Below are positions 11,225 through 24,458 of a stretch of 64,000 bases of DNA, piece after piece. Source of the DNA: an uncultured Hormoscilla sp. (GTDB lineage Bacteria > Cyanobacteriota > Cyanobacteriia > Cyanobacteriales > Desertifilaceae); NCBI GenBank assembly GCA_963921275.4, contig OZ001293.3, positions 416,001 to 480,000 on the forward strand. Reading direction: 5' to 3'. Made by a program: the position numbers and the translations under genes. Positions within the stretch are counted from its first letter, which is position 1. Every line of letters starts with the position of its first letter. The notes below the pieces were generated by a model, which was not told where the DNA came from, searched no databases, and saw only the letters and a program-made list of their open reading frames with translations.

Positions 11225-12937
11225 TCATTTTCCCAGACGGAAAAAGATGTCCGCTTTCCGTTCTCCTACCTCGCTACCGTAGCTGCTAATAGTGAGAGTG
11301 CGCAAATTATCGAACAGGGGTTTGCCTATGACTTCCACTAACCTCAACAAAGGCACCTGACGTTCCCAGATTTTCTGACTATCCACCCAGTCCAGATAGA
11401 AATAGCCATCATTCGACTCGGCCAAAGGCGCAATACTCTCCTGAAAATTCCTCGTAGTCAGTACAGAACCAGCCTTTGGGGCATTAATTGCCGCCTCCAT
11501 AGCTTCCAGGGAGGTAGCAAATATCTCGTACTTTCCTACCGTAGCACTAACCACACTCACTTGCTCATTTAATTCCTCCTCGATGTCTCGGGAGTAGTGC
11601 GAATAGCGCTTTCCCGAGACATCGAATGCTGCCGTAACTTCTGCTGTCTCTGGCAACTTTGTCCAGACTGAAACAGGACGATCGGCGACCTGCAATTTCC
11701 TGATATTGTATCCTTGCTGCTGGGCGATTGACTCTAAACGGGCCATTAACTCGGGAGTATCTCCTTGCTGTGTCCCCCGGGTAGTGCGGCTAGGGCTCCC
11801 GGGGGACACAGCCGACTTTTCTGCCACAAAAATCCCATCTATCACCTTGCCATCTGGGCGAGGCAATAATCCCACAGCATATTCCCCACGCACCGCATTA
11901 AACACATCTGCAGGTAAATCAATGCCCCAGCGCGTTTGCAAGTCAGCGATCGACTGACTGACCATATTTTTCAGGGACTCATAACCCGATATTCCCCTTT
12001 GCAGCTGTTCCCACAGCTGTGCCAAGTCTTTGCTAGCAGCTACTATCGCACTTGTCCCTGGAATATATTGTAACGCTTCCACTGGTTTAGAGAAAGCTGG
12101 CGCTGTCCTTGTCAATTTCTGGTTCCCTGCGGCAAACAAAGTTGTTGACGCCAGCCAACCCTGCTGGCTTGATTTTAGAGTGCTCGCCATCCCATCATAA
12201 ACCCCCTGTCTGTTCTGCTTGCTACCAGTCAGATTCAGATAAATTAAGCCAAGCTTGGGATCAGTTAAATCTACTTTATTGAAATTAGCAAGATTAGTGA
12301 TATTTCTGTCAGCAACCTGGACATTATTAATAGCATCCCGTAGTACCTTCGGATAGTTAGCAAACAAGACAAACTTGGCACCTACTACCGCCGTAGCGAT
12401 ATCCAATGGCTGACTACAGGAGATAATCTCAATGCCATTATAGGATGCAAATGCCAAATCTTTTCCCTCCACCCCCTGACGCTGCCAGAACAGTTCCAAG
12501 AGTTCCCGGGCCCGCTGGCCATCTTTAGTCCTAGCTACCAATAGATAACCCGGTTGACGCCCATTTTTCTCGTCCCGATCGATATCCAGAGAAGTAATTG
12601 CCAGAGTTATTTCATCTCCCACCCAAGGAGCGATATATTCCTGGTAATCTAAACCCGAGGCGGCTAGCAGGGATGATTTAACTAGATCCAGGTATGCACC
12701 AGATCTATTGCCATTTGACAGTCCCAACGCCTCCAACCAATCGGGATTCACCAACAGCGACAGCATCGCCGTGGCCGTTTTCGGCACGAACATTGCTGTT
12801 GTCGGAGTGGCCATTGTGCTATCCTGTCCCTGCAGATTCAGAGTCCGACTGTGGGAGAACCAGTAAAAACCACTGGCGCCGATCGACAACACCAGTACAA
12901 TAGCTACCAGACCCGCCAAAATTGAGCTTCGCTTCAT
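11225..12937 (-). CDS. DUF3352 domain exported protein
   Basis: N-terminal signal/TM segment; AMFVPK..SLLVNPD, PWVGDEITLAITSLDIDRD, LFANYPKVLRDAINNVQ, NDGYFYLDW typical of cyanobacterial DUF3352; two in-frame hairpin inserts. Confidence 0.8.
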   Translation of the reverse strand: MKRSSILAGLVAIVLVLSIGASGFYWFSHSRTLNLQGQDSTMATPTTAMFVPKTATAMLSLLVNPDWLEALGLSNGNRSGAYLDLVKSSLLAASGLDYQEYIAPWVGDEITLAITSLDIDRDEKNGRQPGYLLVARTKDGQRARELLELFWQRQGVEGKDLAFASYNGIEIISCSQPLDIATAVVGAKFVLFANYPKVLRDAINNVQVADRNITNLANFNKVDLTDPKLGLIYLNLTGSKQNRQGVYDGMASTLKSSQQGWLASTTLFAAGNQKLTRTAPAFSKPVEALQYIPGTSAIVAASKDLAQLWEQLQRGISGYESLKNMVSQSIADLQTRWGIDLPADVFNAVRGEYAVGLLPRPDGKVIDGIFVAEKSAVSPGSPSRTTRGTQQGDTPELMARLESIAQQQGYNIRKLQVADRPVSVWTKLPETAEVTAAFDVSGKRYSHYSRDIEEELNEQVSVVSATVGKYEIFATSLEAMEAAINAPKAGSVLTTRNFQESIAPLAESNDGYFYLDWVDSQKIWERQVPLLRLVEVIGKPLFDNLRTLTISSYGSEVGERKADIFFRLGK

Positions 12938-13052
12938 TGTTCTGTTCTCGGTGAAAAGTGATGGTCGAGAGATAAGTATAAAGTCCTAGTAGGATATAAA
13001 TAGAGAAAAAGATAACGTCAGGTAACATTGCTCATCCTACAGGAGCAAGATT

Positions 13053-15260
13053 ATGAATGTCAAACGCAGACAGTTCTTAATGTTCCTCGGTGCGGGGGCT
13101 GCCACCATTGCCTTTGGTGCCTGCGGCAAGCACCAGGGATAGAAATTATCTATGCCCTTTAACCAGGGCCCCCTGAAGGGGGGCATGAGCTTTAAACCCA
13201 TTAAAGTGCCGGTTCCCCTAGAGATAGACGACCAGCTAGCGCCAGCGCAAATCGCTGCCTATAGTAGCTACAAAGTTGTAGATGATATTGTACTGCCAGA
13301 AGGGTTCACCTATGACCCGATTGCAGCCTGGGGCGACAAGATAGGAGATGATGGGCGCTGCGGCTATAACAATGATTATCTATCCTTTGTGGAAACAGGC
13401 CCCGATCGAGGATACTTGACGATCAACTTCGAGTATATCAGTGGCTTTACCTGGATGCAGACCTATGGACAGGCGATCGGGCGATCTTTACCCTTCCAGG
13501 AAGTAATAGCTGCAACCCGGGGCGATATCAACGCTTTTGCCCTGTCTGAAGATAACCCTCTGAAAGCTAAAATCCGGGAAATCTGTCAGGAATGTTTAAT
13601 AGACCAGGGAATAGAGGTGATTTCCCTGGGCCGCAACTCCGATGGTAAGTGGGCACGCACCTTTTCAGAGGCCGATCGCCGGATAACAGGCTTCTCGGGT
13701 TGGCAAGACGGACGCTACCTACGCGCTACAGGCCCCGCTGTGGCCGTGTTCGAGAAAAGGTATAAGAGAGGTTACGAGGACGGGTTGGGCGATCGCATCA
13801 TCGGCACCTTTGCCAACTGCGCTGGCGGGACCACCCCTTGGGGGACAGTCCTGAGAGCAGAGGAAAACTTCCAGGCCCAGGTACCAGAACCAGTATTTGC
13901 TGATAGTTCCTCAACGGACCCTGGACTGAACCGCTTTTATATAGAAAATCGATTTATAGCAGGTCAGGGGAATATCTTCGGTCTCGCAGGGAACAAGTAT
14001 AGCTGGATAGTAGAAGTAGATCCAGCCAACCCCAATGATTATGGCACCAAGCATACCTGGTTGGGACGTTTCCGTCACGAAGCCGTCGGAGTCAGGGCAG
14101 AAGCAAGAAAGCAGTTGGCTGTATATTCCGGATGCGATCAGCGGGGGGACACCTCTACAAATTCCTCAGCCAAGAATTAGTCAGCAACCCGCAAGACAAA
14201 GCCAACAGCAGGCTAATGACAGAGGGCATGCTTTACGGTGCCAAATTCCATCCCGATGGTACAAGCAGTTGGATTGCCCTCAACCCCAATACTCCCGTAT
14301 ATCCAGTATTGCCCAGTCAAGTATTGAGTAACAATGTCACTCTACCCAACCCCGATCGCGTAGCGTGCGCGCAGCGCAATCGTCGGGCCGGGGGCGCGGT
14401 CAAGATCGACAACAATGCCCAGGCGATCGCCATTGGGAAGCAGCATCGGACCTTGGAGAACACTACCCCAGCAACTATATAAAAACAAGAGGCTATTCTG
14501 ATTGATGCCCATTACCCTGCCAATGCGGCAGGGATCACCTGCACCGCCCGTCCCGAAGACACCGATGTTGCCAGCGACAGCACTCTTTACATTGCCTTTA
14601 CCTCGGGGAGTCCCGACAGTAGCGGCGGTCCTGACAAGGAAATCTTCACCGGACCCAACGGCGAGTCTCCCTACGAGTATGGCTGGATCGTGAAGCTGCG
14701 GGAAGATGGGTTAGAACCCTCTGCCATGACCTTCCGCTGGGAAATGCTGGCCCTAGAGGGCGAACCCGGCCGGAGGCTGTCTGGGTTTTTCTAATCCCGA
14801 TAACCTGGAGATCGATCTCGATGGCAATATCTGGATGGTAACAGACATCTCTACTGGCAGTCAGAACAGACCTCTGCCCAGTCGAGTGAAGCCTGACAGT
14901 ACCCCTATCAACCAGAATAAAGAGCTAGGGGTATTTGGCAACAAAGAGATTTAGTTTATTCCCACTTCCGATCCTAATGCTAGCCTTACCTACCTCTTCG
15001 CGATCAAGCCTATGGAAACAGAAACCCGCAGACCAGGCCTCACCCCAGAACAACAGACATAATTCATCTCCCCGCAACATCCCGGGGAAAAGAGTGGTAT
15101 GCGTCGCAATGGGGCCGCAGAAGTCCGCAAAATTAGACAGAAGCGGGACTACCCGACAGTCGGGAACTCATCCAGGAACGGAAAGAGCCGATCGGTTCCA
15201 ACTGGCCCGGTAAGGGTCCGGACGACCCGCCCAAACCCGCCGTTGTAGCCATTCATCGCG
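13053..15260 (+). pseudogene. phoX: PhoX family alkaline phosphatase, disrupted
   Basis: Tat signal KRRQFL followed by TAG at ~13140; GYNNDY, NCAGGTTPWGT..EENF, LGRFRHEAV, RPED, NPDNL motifs with frameshifts. Confidence 0.88.
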
Positions 15261-15514
15261 CTGTGTCTCCGGGTAGTGCTCCTAGCGCTCCCCGGAGACA
15301 CAGCTTGTAGGGTTCCCTGTCCCACCATTTGCGAACTCAAAGATGATCCCCTACCCGGTTTCTTCTGCGAAACCGGGTTTCTCAATTTTCACAACTGATT
15401 GGGAATTGCTATGTATCACATCTAGCTTTTAAGGTCAATATTTTTAACGTAAATTAATAGTCAGATAGCAATTTTTAAGCAAAAGACAAATAAAGCTTAA
15501 CTAGATAATTAGCA

Positions 15515-16348
<834 letters not shown>

Positions 16349-18766
16349 TAAGCTTAATCTTATACATGTAGAGGTATGTTAGTTTTTTGAGGAAAGGAAA
16401 TCCAGATCGCTTCTAGAGCGTATCCCAGTAGAAGTGCTAGCTAAAATAACAATGTTTGTTTTTAGTCGGTTAAAACCGACTTTAGCTATTAGCCGGAGGT
16501 TTGAACCCCGGGCGGGTTAACTGTGAAATCGGGGAGAACAAAAGACGGTTTTATGTCTAAAATAACTCGCAGAGAACTGCTGATTTTCTTTGGCTGCGGT
16601 GCAGCAGCAGCGGTAGTAGCAGATGGGGGATTGGAAAGAAAAATATTGGGCGCTGGCGGCAACATAGCCCAAGCAATTGAAGGGGATCTGTCATTCACCC
16701 CGGTGCGCTTGCTCCATCCTTTAGAGATTTACCAAGATAAGGAAAGCTTCTTGCCCACGGGAATTGATGGTGCAGGGAAAACTCTGCCAGCTGTAGCAGA
16801 TCCTAGCTTAGATAGCTACAAAGTCATAGATGACGTGGTGGTGCCGCCAGAATACGAACGTTACGTGATTGTCAAGTGGGGCGATCAGGTATTTCCCAAT
16901 TCAGAAGATTACGTGAGCTACAACTGCGACCTCACAGGTTACATTCCCATTCGCGGCAGCAATAATAACGGTTTCCTCTGGGTGAATCACGAGTATGTAT
17001 CCTATCCGATGAGCATTTTGCCAGTCGAAGATCCAACAGAATACGCAGGATTCCCCCACAACTGATGATTTAGTGCTTAACCGAGACTTGTCAGAACTAA
17101 ATCCCGCTACTCTGGGAGAATTTATGTATAACCAGAGCGGTTCGATCCTGCGGGTGAGAAGGAATGCAGCAGGTCGCTTTCGAGTGGTAAGTAAGAATCT
17201 CTTTAATCGCCGCATCCACGGTCTTTCAGGCTTAGAAATTAACAGCCAGCGCACGAACCGCCATCGGCGGGTCATATCCTGGGGCGATCAGCAAGGAGAC
17301 CAGAACTTTCTGGTAAAGACTGGACCTGCTGCCACAGAGGACTTTGAGGAAGTAAACTCAAATAAACTGGGCAATCGGATTATCGGCACGGCCTACAACC
17401 GTTCTGGGGGAACAACACCTTGGGGAACCATCCTGACGGCAGAGGAAAACTTTCAGAGCGTTGTAAATGAGGATGTCAAGCCCCGAGCCTGCCCACCCAG
17501 ATGGGCTATATGGAAGATTCGATCGGGGAAGTATTCGGTCTAGAGGGGGAGAAATACGGCTGGATGGTAGAAATCCCGGTCCTGCGGCCCCGACAACAGG
17601 CCAAGAAACACACGGCCTTAGGTCGCTTCCGTCATGAAAATATTACCTTCCGGGTAGAAGCAGGGAGAAAGTTGAACGCCTACATGGGAGACGACCGTCG
17701 GGAAGGTCACACCTGGAAGTTTGTCAGTAATGGCGTAGTCACAGATCCGAGCGCTCCGAACAATAGCCGCTTGTTGGAAAATGGCATTCTCTATTGTGCC
17801 CAGTTGAATGCTAACGGTACGGGGACATAAATTCTCTTACTGCTTAATACTCCCACCAATCCCAATATCCCGTCACAGATTGCCTCGCGGGAACTGGCCG
17901 CCCTAGGAGAAGCGCAAAGAAACGGTCACGTCCTCCTACCAAAGCGCAGCGGGATTGCTGGCCAAACTGAAGATGGCGGTCCCTTTGTGGTAGACCTGAC
18001 CAATGAGGATACGGCACTATCCGATTATCGGGGTAAGAGGCCGAGGGATTTCTATGACAGCCAAGGTGCTCTTTTAGTTGATGCCTTCCTGGCTGCCAAT
18101 CTGGTGGGCAGAACTCCCACGGCCCGTCCAGAAGATCTGGAAGTCCACCCCACAACTAAAGAAGTGTTCATTGCCCACACCGACGGCACCCCACGCAGCG
18201 ACGGCCATCCTGACTCGCGAATTTTTCAGAACGGCAAGTTCAGTACAGCTGCGAACGCGAATCAGCAGTCGGGGGACTGTACAAAATTATAGAAAACAGT
18301 GCCGACGGTAGGGGAAATAGCTTCCGTTGGGAACGCTTCGCCCAAAGCGGAGAACAGGGAACCCTTTAGGAGCTGGTTTTGCCAACGTGGATAACCTAGC
18401 CTTTGACAACTTTGAAAATGTCTGGGGTATCACGGATATGTCCACTAGCCGACATAATGGTTTTCGCACTGGTTCCGAACCCGAAGAACGGACGATCGAC
18501 CACGCGCAAACAGGCAATGCGGATGCCTTGGTGGGAGTTTTCGGCAAAAATTGGCTGTTCTACATTCCTACCAGCGGACCAGATGCGGGAGCAGTGATCC
18601 CCTTTGGCTACGGTCCCGTGCGCTGTGAGATGACTGGTCCTACCTTCGTAGGGGATACCCTCATCATAGCAGTGCAGCATCCAGGAGAAGATGTGCCGAT
18701 CGGGGGATGGAACTCAACTGAATCGCGACATTGAGATGTTGAACTTGAATGGTCGCGTATTTAATC

Positions 18767-20101
18767 GGGTGCATCTCAGTTAGGCGATGAGTATATTTAC
18801 TCAGCAAAAGTGGATTTACTGAGTCTGATTAGGCAACTAATGCGCCATTCAGGTAGGCACAGCGATGCTTCAACACCTACGGTCCGCGGACGGCCCAAAA
18901 AATCGGCACATTCTCGGCTCGCCATTGTGCCCCCGGTAATTTCACCCTTAACCCAATTTGTTTCACCAGGGACTCAACCCGACCAGAGCCAATCGAGTGC
19001 CGAGCTGCCTGCCCGTTCGCGCAGCGGCCCGACGCCAGGAGGGCTAGCCTGGTAGTTGATCAACCCTGTGGCTCCCCGACATTGCTGTTGGCGCAGATAA
19101 CTAATCGCCCTCTGGGTCTCCCCTCGCCACAGGAGTGCACGGTCCGCGGACGGCCCGAAAAATCGGATCTGCACGGTCCGCGGACGGCCCGAAAAATCGG
19201 ATTGAGCCGGTGTCCCTTGCACCTTATTGGCATTTTCCATTAGGTGATACCAATCGAGCACTTCGATACGTTGTTCTGGTGTCCCGATACCACTGAAAAT
19301 GTTCCACACCCCATCATGACCATCTCCGAGACCGGTGAACTGCGCCCCTAGGGGCTGGGCATTCACCCACTCAAGCAGCCCTTGATTATCCTTGAAGAAA
19401 GCCACACTGCCTTGCTCATGGACATTTAAGGCTTTGTATTCTCGCCACTCACTAGGTTGACCCTCCACGGTCCGCGGACGGCCCGAAAAATCGGTACGAA
19501 GGCGAATCATGCCGCCATCCAAGCTGAGCTCCTGAATCGGTTCAGCTATCTCTACCTCAGACCAGTCCTCTCGTTGAACAAAGCGTTGGAGCGTACTGTG
19601 GGAGATGCTCACCCCAGTCAGCATCGCGAGATCTTGTACGGTCCGCGGACGGCCCGAAAAATCGGCTCTCTGGTAAGAGGCATTGGCACTGACGACCCAA
19701 CAACATTTTTCCACATACGGACTCCAACGAGTTCCCGGTTTAACTTGCAGTTGTTGGGCTTGAGCAGTGGTGAGGGTTAGTTTGCCCAGGATACTGGTCA
19801 GGGTGCGCTGTTTTCCGGTGCGGCGGGAAGTCGCCGTGTTGATAAAAAAATTCCTAGTTGAGGCCAGACGTGTTCTTGGGCAAGCGCACGAACGTTTTTC
19901 TCAATGCCTTCAAGGGTGGTGAGTTCAGTGGGGTCGGCTTCCTGGTAGAGAATCGCGGCAATCGCGTCAAGATGTTGCTGGAGTTCAGCCTGCTTTTGGG
20001 AGTTCATGGGTCAAGGGTGGTCAACAGTGCCTAAATTATGTACCGTTTTGAGGGAGACAAGCACTAAGTATAATTACTCATCGCCTAACTGAGATGTACC
20101 C
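18767..20101 (-). mobile_element. ISKra4-family insertion sequence with 8-bp target duplication ATTTAATC
   Basis: TIRs GGGTGCATCTCAGTTAGGCGATGAGTA / TACTCATCGCCTAACTGAGATGTACCC; TSD at 18759-18766 and 20102-20109; two-frame transposase (19798-20007, then SANASY..SLDGG..LGDGHDG..LDWYHL..EN). Confidence 0.9.
18879..19661 (-). repeat. Five copies of a 24-nt element (TTTTTCGGGCCGTCCGCGGACCGT on the - strand), each inserted after CCGA
   Basis: Copies at 18879-18902, 19139-19162, 19173-19196, 19467-19490, 19638-19661; removing them restores plausible transposase residues. Confidence 0.9.
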
Positions 20102-20237
20102 ATTTAATCAGACTCGAACAGTACCGCGAGGCAGTAATTGGCCGAGTAATATTGAGGGGGATGCGGATGGTCCGCCGCTGCCCACGGTGATTGGCATTAA
20201 ACGCCAGGGCTCCACTGGCGGTAACAGTTTTCTGTAA

Positions 20238-21770
20238 TTAAGTACCACCCCATCCCCACCCTAAATGATTCTGTTGGCGAATTACCATTCTGGAGCGATC
20301 TGCGAGAGCATCCGAGCAGGGAGCACCCGAGCAGGGAGAGGCGAGAAAATCATTGATTTCTAATGGTTGGGGGTCGCTGGGGGGCGAGGCCCCCAGTTGA
20401 TTCGCCAACAGCAACAAAAAGGGGGGAGCCAGTTGCTCCCCCCCAATCGGCGCGGGGGGGGCTGGGGGGGATCGCCCGCTACCGACCAGAGTCAAAAATT
20501 GCTCTACTCTATCAACAAATGCATGACCGCACCCCAGATGAAGGCCAAATTAAATATGCAAGAAATACAAGGAAAAACTTAGGAAAAAATATTAGTATTT
20601 TTGATAGGTACGGCCCGATTTTGAAGAGTAAGACGGACAATTTGTTCTGTGGGATAGCCATGTTTGGGAAGAGTGCGAAACCAACGGGGAAAACCTTGCC
20701 AAATATCTCCTGACATTTCCAGACTTAGCAATTGTAAAATTCCCAAGGCTGTTCAGGTTTACAAAGCGCTCCATAGCAGCCATCTTAATCTTGAGAAGTG
20801 GACGGTCCTTTACAGGAAACTGGTCAATGATAAGATTTTTAGGCCACCGAGGAGTGGGCGGAAGACTTTTCATCTCATTGCGATAGCTGAAACCCCATAA
20901 CAGCGTTTGGGAGTATACGAAAAGTCACCTCAATCTTAAACCGCCATCCATAAGCTTCAATAATTTCCGACCCTGATAAGGTGATATCTGTTGACAGAAG
21001 AATCATTTGCTTACCACAAGGTAGTACAGTCAATACAAACCGTACCAAATGTTGTGGACTTCGATAATGCAAGTCAATGGTGCGGTAGCGCACTGTTACT
21101 TGCTTTCCGTAGAGTGCCACTGTAGAACTGATAAAATTCTCTGTTGAGGTAAATAAAGTTCGTAACTGTATACGCTCTCCCCATATGCGTGGTAACCCTT
21201 GTCCTCGCTTGGGCGGAGGAGGTGGCAAAGGGTGTTTCCCAACTGTATTGATTCGCACACGACTGATCAGGTGTAACTGATTTTCACGGAACAAAAGCTA
21301 CAAGTTCCCGGCAGCAAAGAACGCATCCAGTACAACGTAACTACCTTCTGTGGCTAAGCGCACACACAATGCGGCCATCCGGTCAAAAGCGGGTAATTGT
21401 CTCCACTTTGTGCTGCTGTAATCCCGGAATGGATTCGTAAAACTATGGGTACAGCAAAAAGAGCATCAGCATATCCTAATAGGAGGCATAAGCATCCCTT
21501 CGTAATGGCCTCTAATCCAGTCGGGTTTGTTTGTATTGTCTGACTCTTGATGCAGCTTTTTAACTGCTGGCATCTTTTGTCCTTCCTTGCTGACTTTAAT
21601 TCCATCTCCGACATAAACCGGTTTTCCACGTAGCTGATGTACATTAGGGTGCTTAATTAACCATTTAGCCCAAGGGCGAAACCTGCGGGAGTGTTTTTTT
21701 GTCCTACCTCTGTTCCCTTTGGCTTTTGTATTCCTAATGGCATACATCTAAAGAACTTCGCACTGTCCAG
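20238..21770 (-). mobile_element. DDE (IS4/IS701-like) transposase pseudogene
   Basis: Fragments VGDGIKVSKEGQKMPAVKKLHQES..WIRGH, LISRVRIN, LLSTD..YGWRFKIEVTFR; boundaries approximate. Confidence 0.7.
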
Positions 21771-21962
21771 TGATTTATCCATGGGGTAAGATGATTTATA
21801 TATGCTATTGGATAAATTATTATGGGGTGGGATAATTTATCGGTGCGGTGGGAATAAAGAGACCGGCGATGAGTAGAAAGAGACCGGCGGTGGGAGGATT
21901 GTTCAATTCAAGGGACACAGGGAGAAGAGATCATTGCCAGTCGGAAAGGGAAGGAGAAAAGA

Positions 21963-24360
21963 ATTAAACTAAGCCAGTCCGTCACCGGACCGACTCGTCT
22001 TCAAAACCGGACATGAGACTTTCGCCTCATCCTGCTCCTCGGTCACGCCACCCTTGTCATGGGTACGGCTACTGCCATCGCTGGCAGTCTTTTTGTCGTG
22101 GCAGTGTTTGTGTAGCAACTGTAGGTTGTCATACCGGTCCTTACCTCCTAGTGAAAGGGGCATGATATGGTCAACTTCCCATTTGTCACTATCCATAAAC
22201 GTTAGTCCGCACTGTTGGCATTTTCCCTTTTGCTGCTTGAGTAGCGTTGCTACCCTTTTACTCAGTTCGGGGCTTTTGCCTAATCTTGTGCTCCAATATG
22301 TGAGGTTCCCGTCGTATGGGCTTGCGGTCCCTTTCACTTTTACGTGTCTGATTATCTCAGTTTCGGAGTGTTTACGTATCTTCATATCACCCTCTTTTGT
22401 CTTGCTTCGGAATCGCCATTTAGCATCCTGGTTTACAGACCAGTATTTATAGGTTATCCAGTTACTTGACTTGTTAGGGTGCCTCCTTTTGGCCCATTGC
22501 CATAGGATGTTCCATAGGTAGTTGTCCATATCGCTGTAAATTTCCTTGCTTACCACTGTCCTAAAGTAGTTTGACCATCCCCTTATTATCGGGTTTAGCC
22601 TGCTTATTAGGGCCGCTTGTGGTGCTGTTATATGGCTAGTTACCATTTCTGATAACCGTTCTTTATGCTTCCCTATGGACTTATTACTGGGTTTGATTAG
22701 GGTTTTGAATCCTAGGGGTGTTCCGTTTGTTGATTTGCCGGTTCTGTATTTTCCCTCTTTATATTGCCTTATGTTGAATCCTAGGAAGTCGAATCCCGGG
22801 TTTTCTCCATTTAGCCTGTGGGCTATCTTTGTCTTTTCGGGCCTTCAACTCAAGCCCTATTCTTCTTAGCCACTCTGCCACCACTGTTTGCGCTCTGTCT
22901 ATCATCTCCCTGTCTTCATGCATGATCACAAAGTCGTCTGCGTATCTGACTACCGTCAGCTTTCGCTTTTCCCTTTGTGTCTTTGCTAATTCCATTACTG
23001 CTTCCTCTAACCCCTGTAGGGCTATATTGGCTAGCAGTGGGGATATGACACCCCCTTGTGGCGTTCCTGCCTCAGTTGTGTGCCATATCTTCTTGTCAAT
23101 CACCCCGGCTTTTAACCATGCCCGTACTTGTTTACGGATTGGTGACGTAGTATTTAATTTTTCGACTAGCGCTTTGTGGTCTATCCTGTCGAAACATTTC
23201 GCAATATCTGCATCTAATACCCATTGGGTTTCTGTTTAATGCTGCTGAATATTGCCGCAATTGCATCGTGGCATCCCCGACCCGGTCTGAATCCGTATGA
23301 GTTCCCCTCCATATATGCTTCCCATTCGGGTTCAAGCGCAATCTTGAGGAGCCCTTGATTCGCGCGGTCGTGCATCGTGGGTATTCCTAAAGGACGTTTT
23401 TCTTCTCTCCCTGGCTTAGGAATCCATACACGACGTGTAGGCTTAGCCTTGTTTGAGATTTCAATCTGTCCTACCAGTTCTCGGCGTTGCTTTGGGGTTA
23501 GTGATTTCACACCATCCACACCGGCTGTCTTCTTTCCCTGGTTATCTTGTGTAACCCGTCGTACCGCTAGACATTTGGCAGCCCGGGAGCTTACCAGTAA
23601 CCTTTGGAGCCTGCGAACTTTTTGCTTATTGCCTTCTTGTGCCGCTCTGTAAATTCGTTTTTGCAACTTAAAGACTACCCGTTCCAGCCGAGGCCAGGGG
23701 ATATCCTTCCATTCATTCATCGATTTTGACATCGTGCTCATGACGTATGTATTGCTACTTACAACTTTACAATTGACGTTACCGTGAGGGCGTCAGCATA
23801 TCCCATCCATTACAGAAAGGCGTTAGCTTCTCCGCGAAATTTTTCCCAGATATAACCTGCCGAATGTAAGCAGATGTTGCGCCTTTGGTGGCTGCTCAAC
23901 CTATCGACCGGTGGTTGAGAGTATGTACCTGGTTTACTTCGTTCCTCTAGATGATTGGTCGTAGTTTTAGGTGGATTCCTTATGCCGGGTTTATTGTCGG
24001 TGCTTATTGGTCGGAAAAGGAACCGCCAATGACCATTATCCTTTCCCTTTTGGGCCAGCGTGTTTAGCCTTATTACGCTGGTTTGTCGTAACGACACTGT
24101 AAATCTTTGCTTTCGCTCACCGTGACTACTTGCACGCTACGCGAAAAATCGGCGATGACCGGTTTAGGCTACCAGCCAGGGCGCCTTTCGTACCCGCTTC
24201 ACGGATTGATGCCATCGCTACCGTGGGGTAAGTGCTGTCACTCCTGCACCTGGAGGGGTGGGCTTTCACCACCATCATCTAAAAGTTATCAAGGCTAATG
24301 GAGCCTTGCCAGTGGTCCCCCTTCGGTTATCACCGGTGGTTTACACTGAACGAGTCGCAC
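21963..24360 (-). mobile_element. Group II intron encoding RT/maturase/HNH (ORF frameshifted)
   Basis: 5' GTGCGACTCGTT at 24360; DV GAGCAGGATGAGGCGAAAGTCTCATGTCCGGTTT and 3' end GCTTAGTTTAAT at 21963. Confidence 0.92.
21969..23741 (-). pseudogene. ltrA: Group II intron reverse transcriptase/maturase with HNH domain
   Basis: KKTAGVDG, RPLGIPT, SYGFRPGR, GTPQGGVISPLLANI, RYADDF, FDFLG, LNPIIRGWSNY, DHI..DNLQLLH..CH; frameshifts near 23220 and 22843. Confidence 0.92.
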
Positions 24361-24458
24361 TGACAATGGTGACATTACTGAGGAGCCGGATGAGGTGAAA
24401 AGCAGATCGTCCGGTTCTGAAGACGAGTCGGGGAGGTGACTCCCTGGCTTAGTTTAAC
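24361..24458 (+). mobile_element. 3' remnant (DV-DVI) of another group II intron
   Basis: GAGCCGGATGAGGTGAAA..CGTCCGGTTCTGAAGACGAGTCGGGGAGGTGACTCCCTGGCTTAGTTTAAC, homologous to the 3' end of the adjacent intron. Confidence 0.8.

Larger units (their letters stand above)
16553..20237 (+). pseudogene. phoX: Second PhoX family phosphatase, disrupted and interrupted by ISKra4
   Basis: Tat signal ITRRELL; LWVNHEY, GGTTPWGTILTAEENF, LGRFRHEN, ARPED, NVDNL, CEMTGP, VQHPGE; several stops and frameshifts; C-terminus resumes at 20110. Confidence 0.88.

Noticed and set aside
21969..23741. Retron or other defence-type RT
   Set aside because: Domain order and flanking ribozyme termini identify a group II intron-encoded protein
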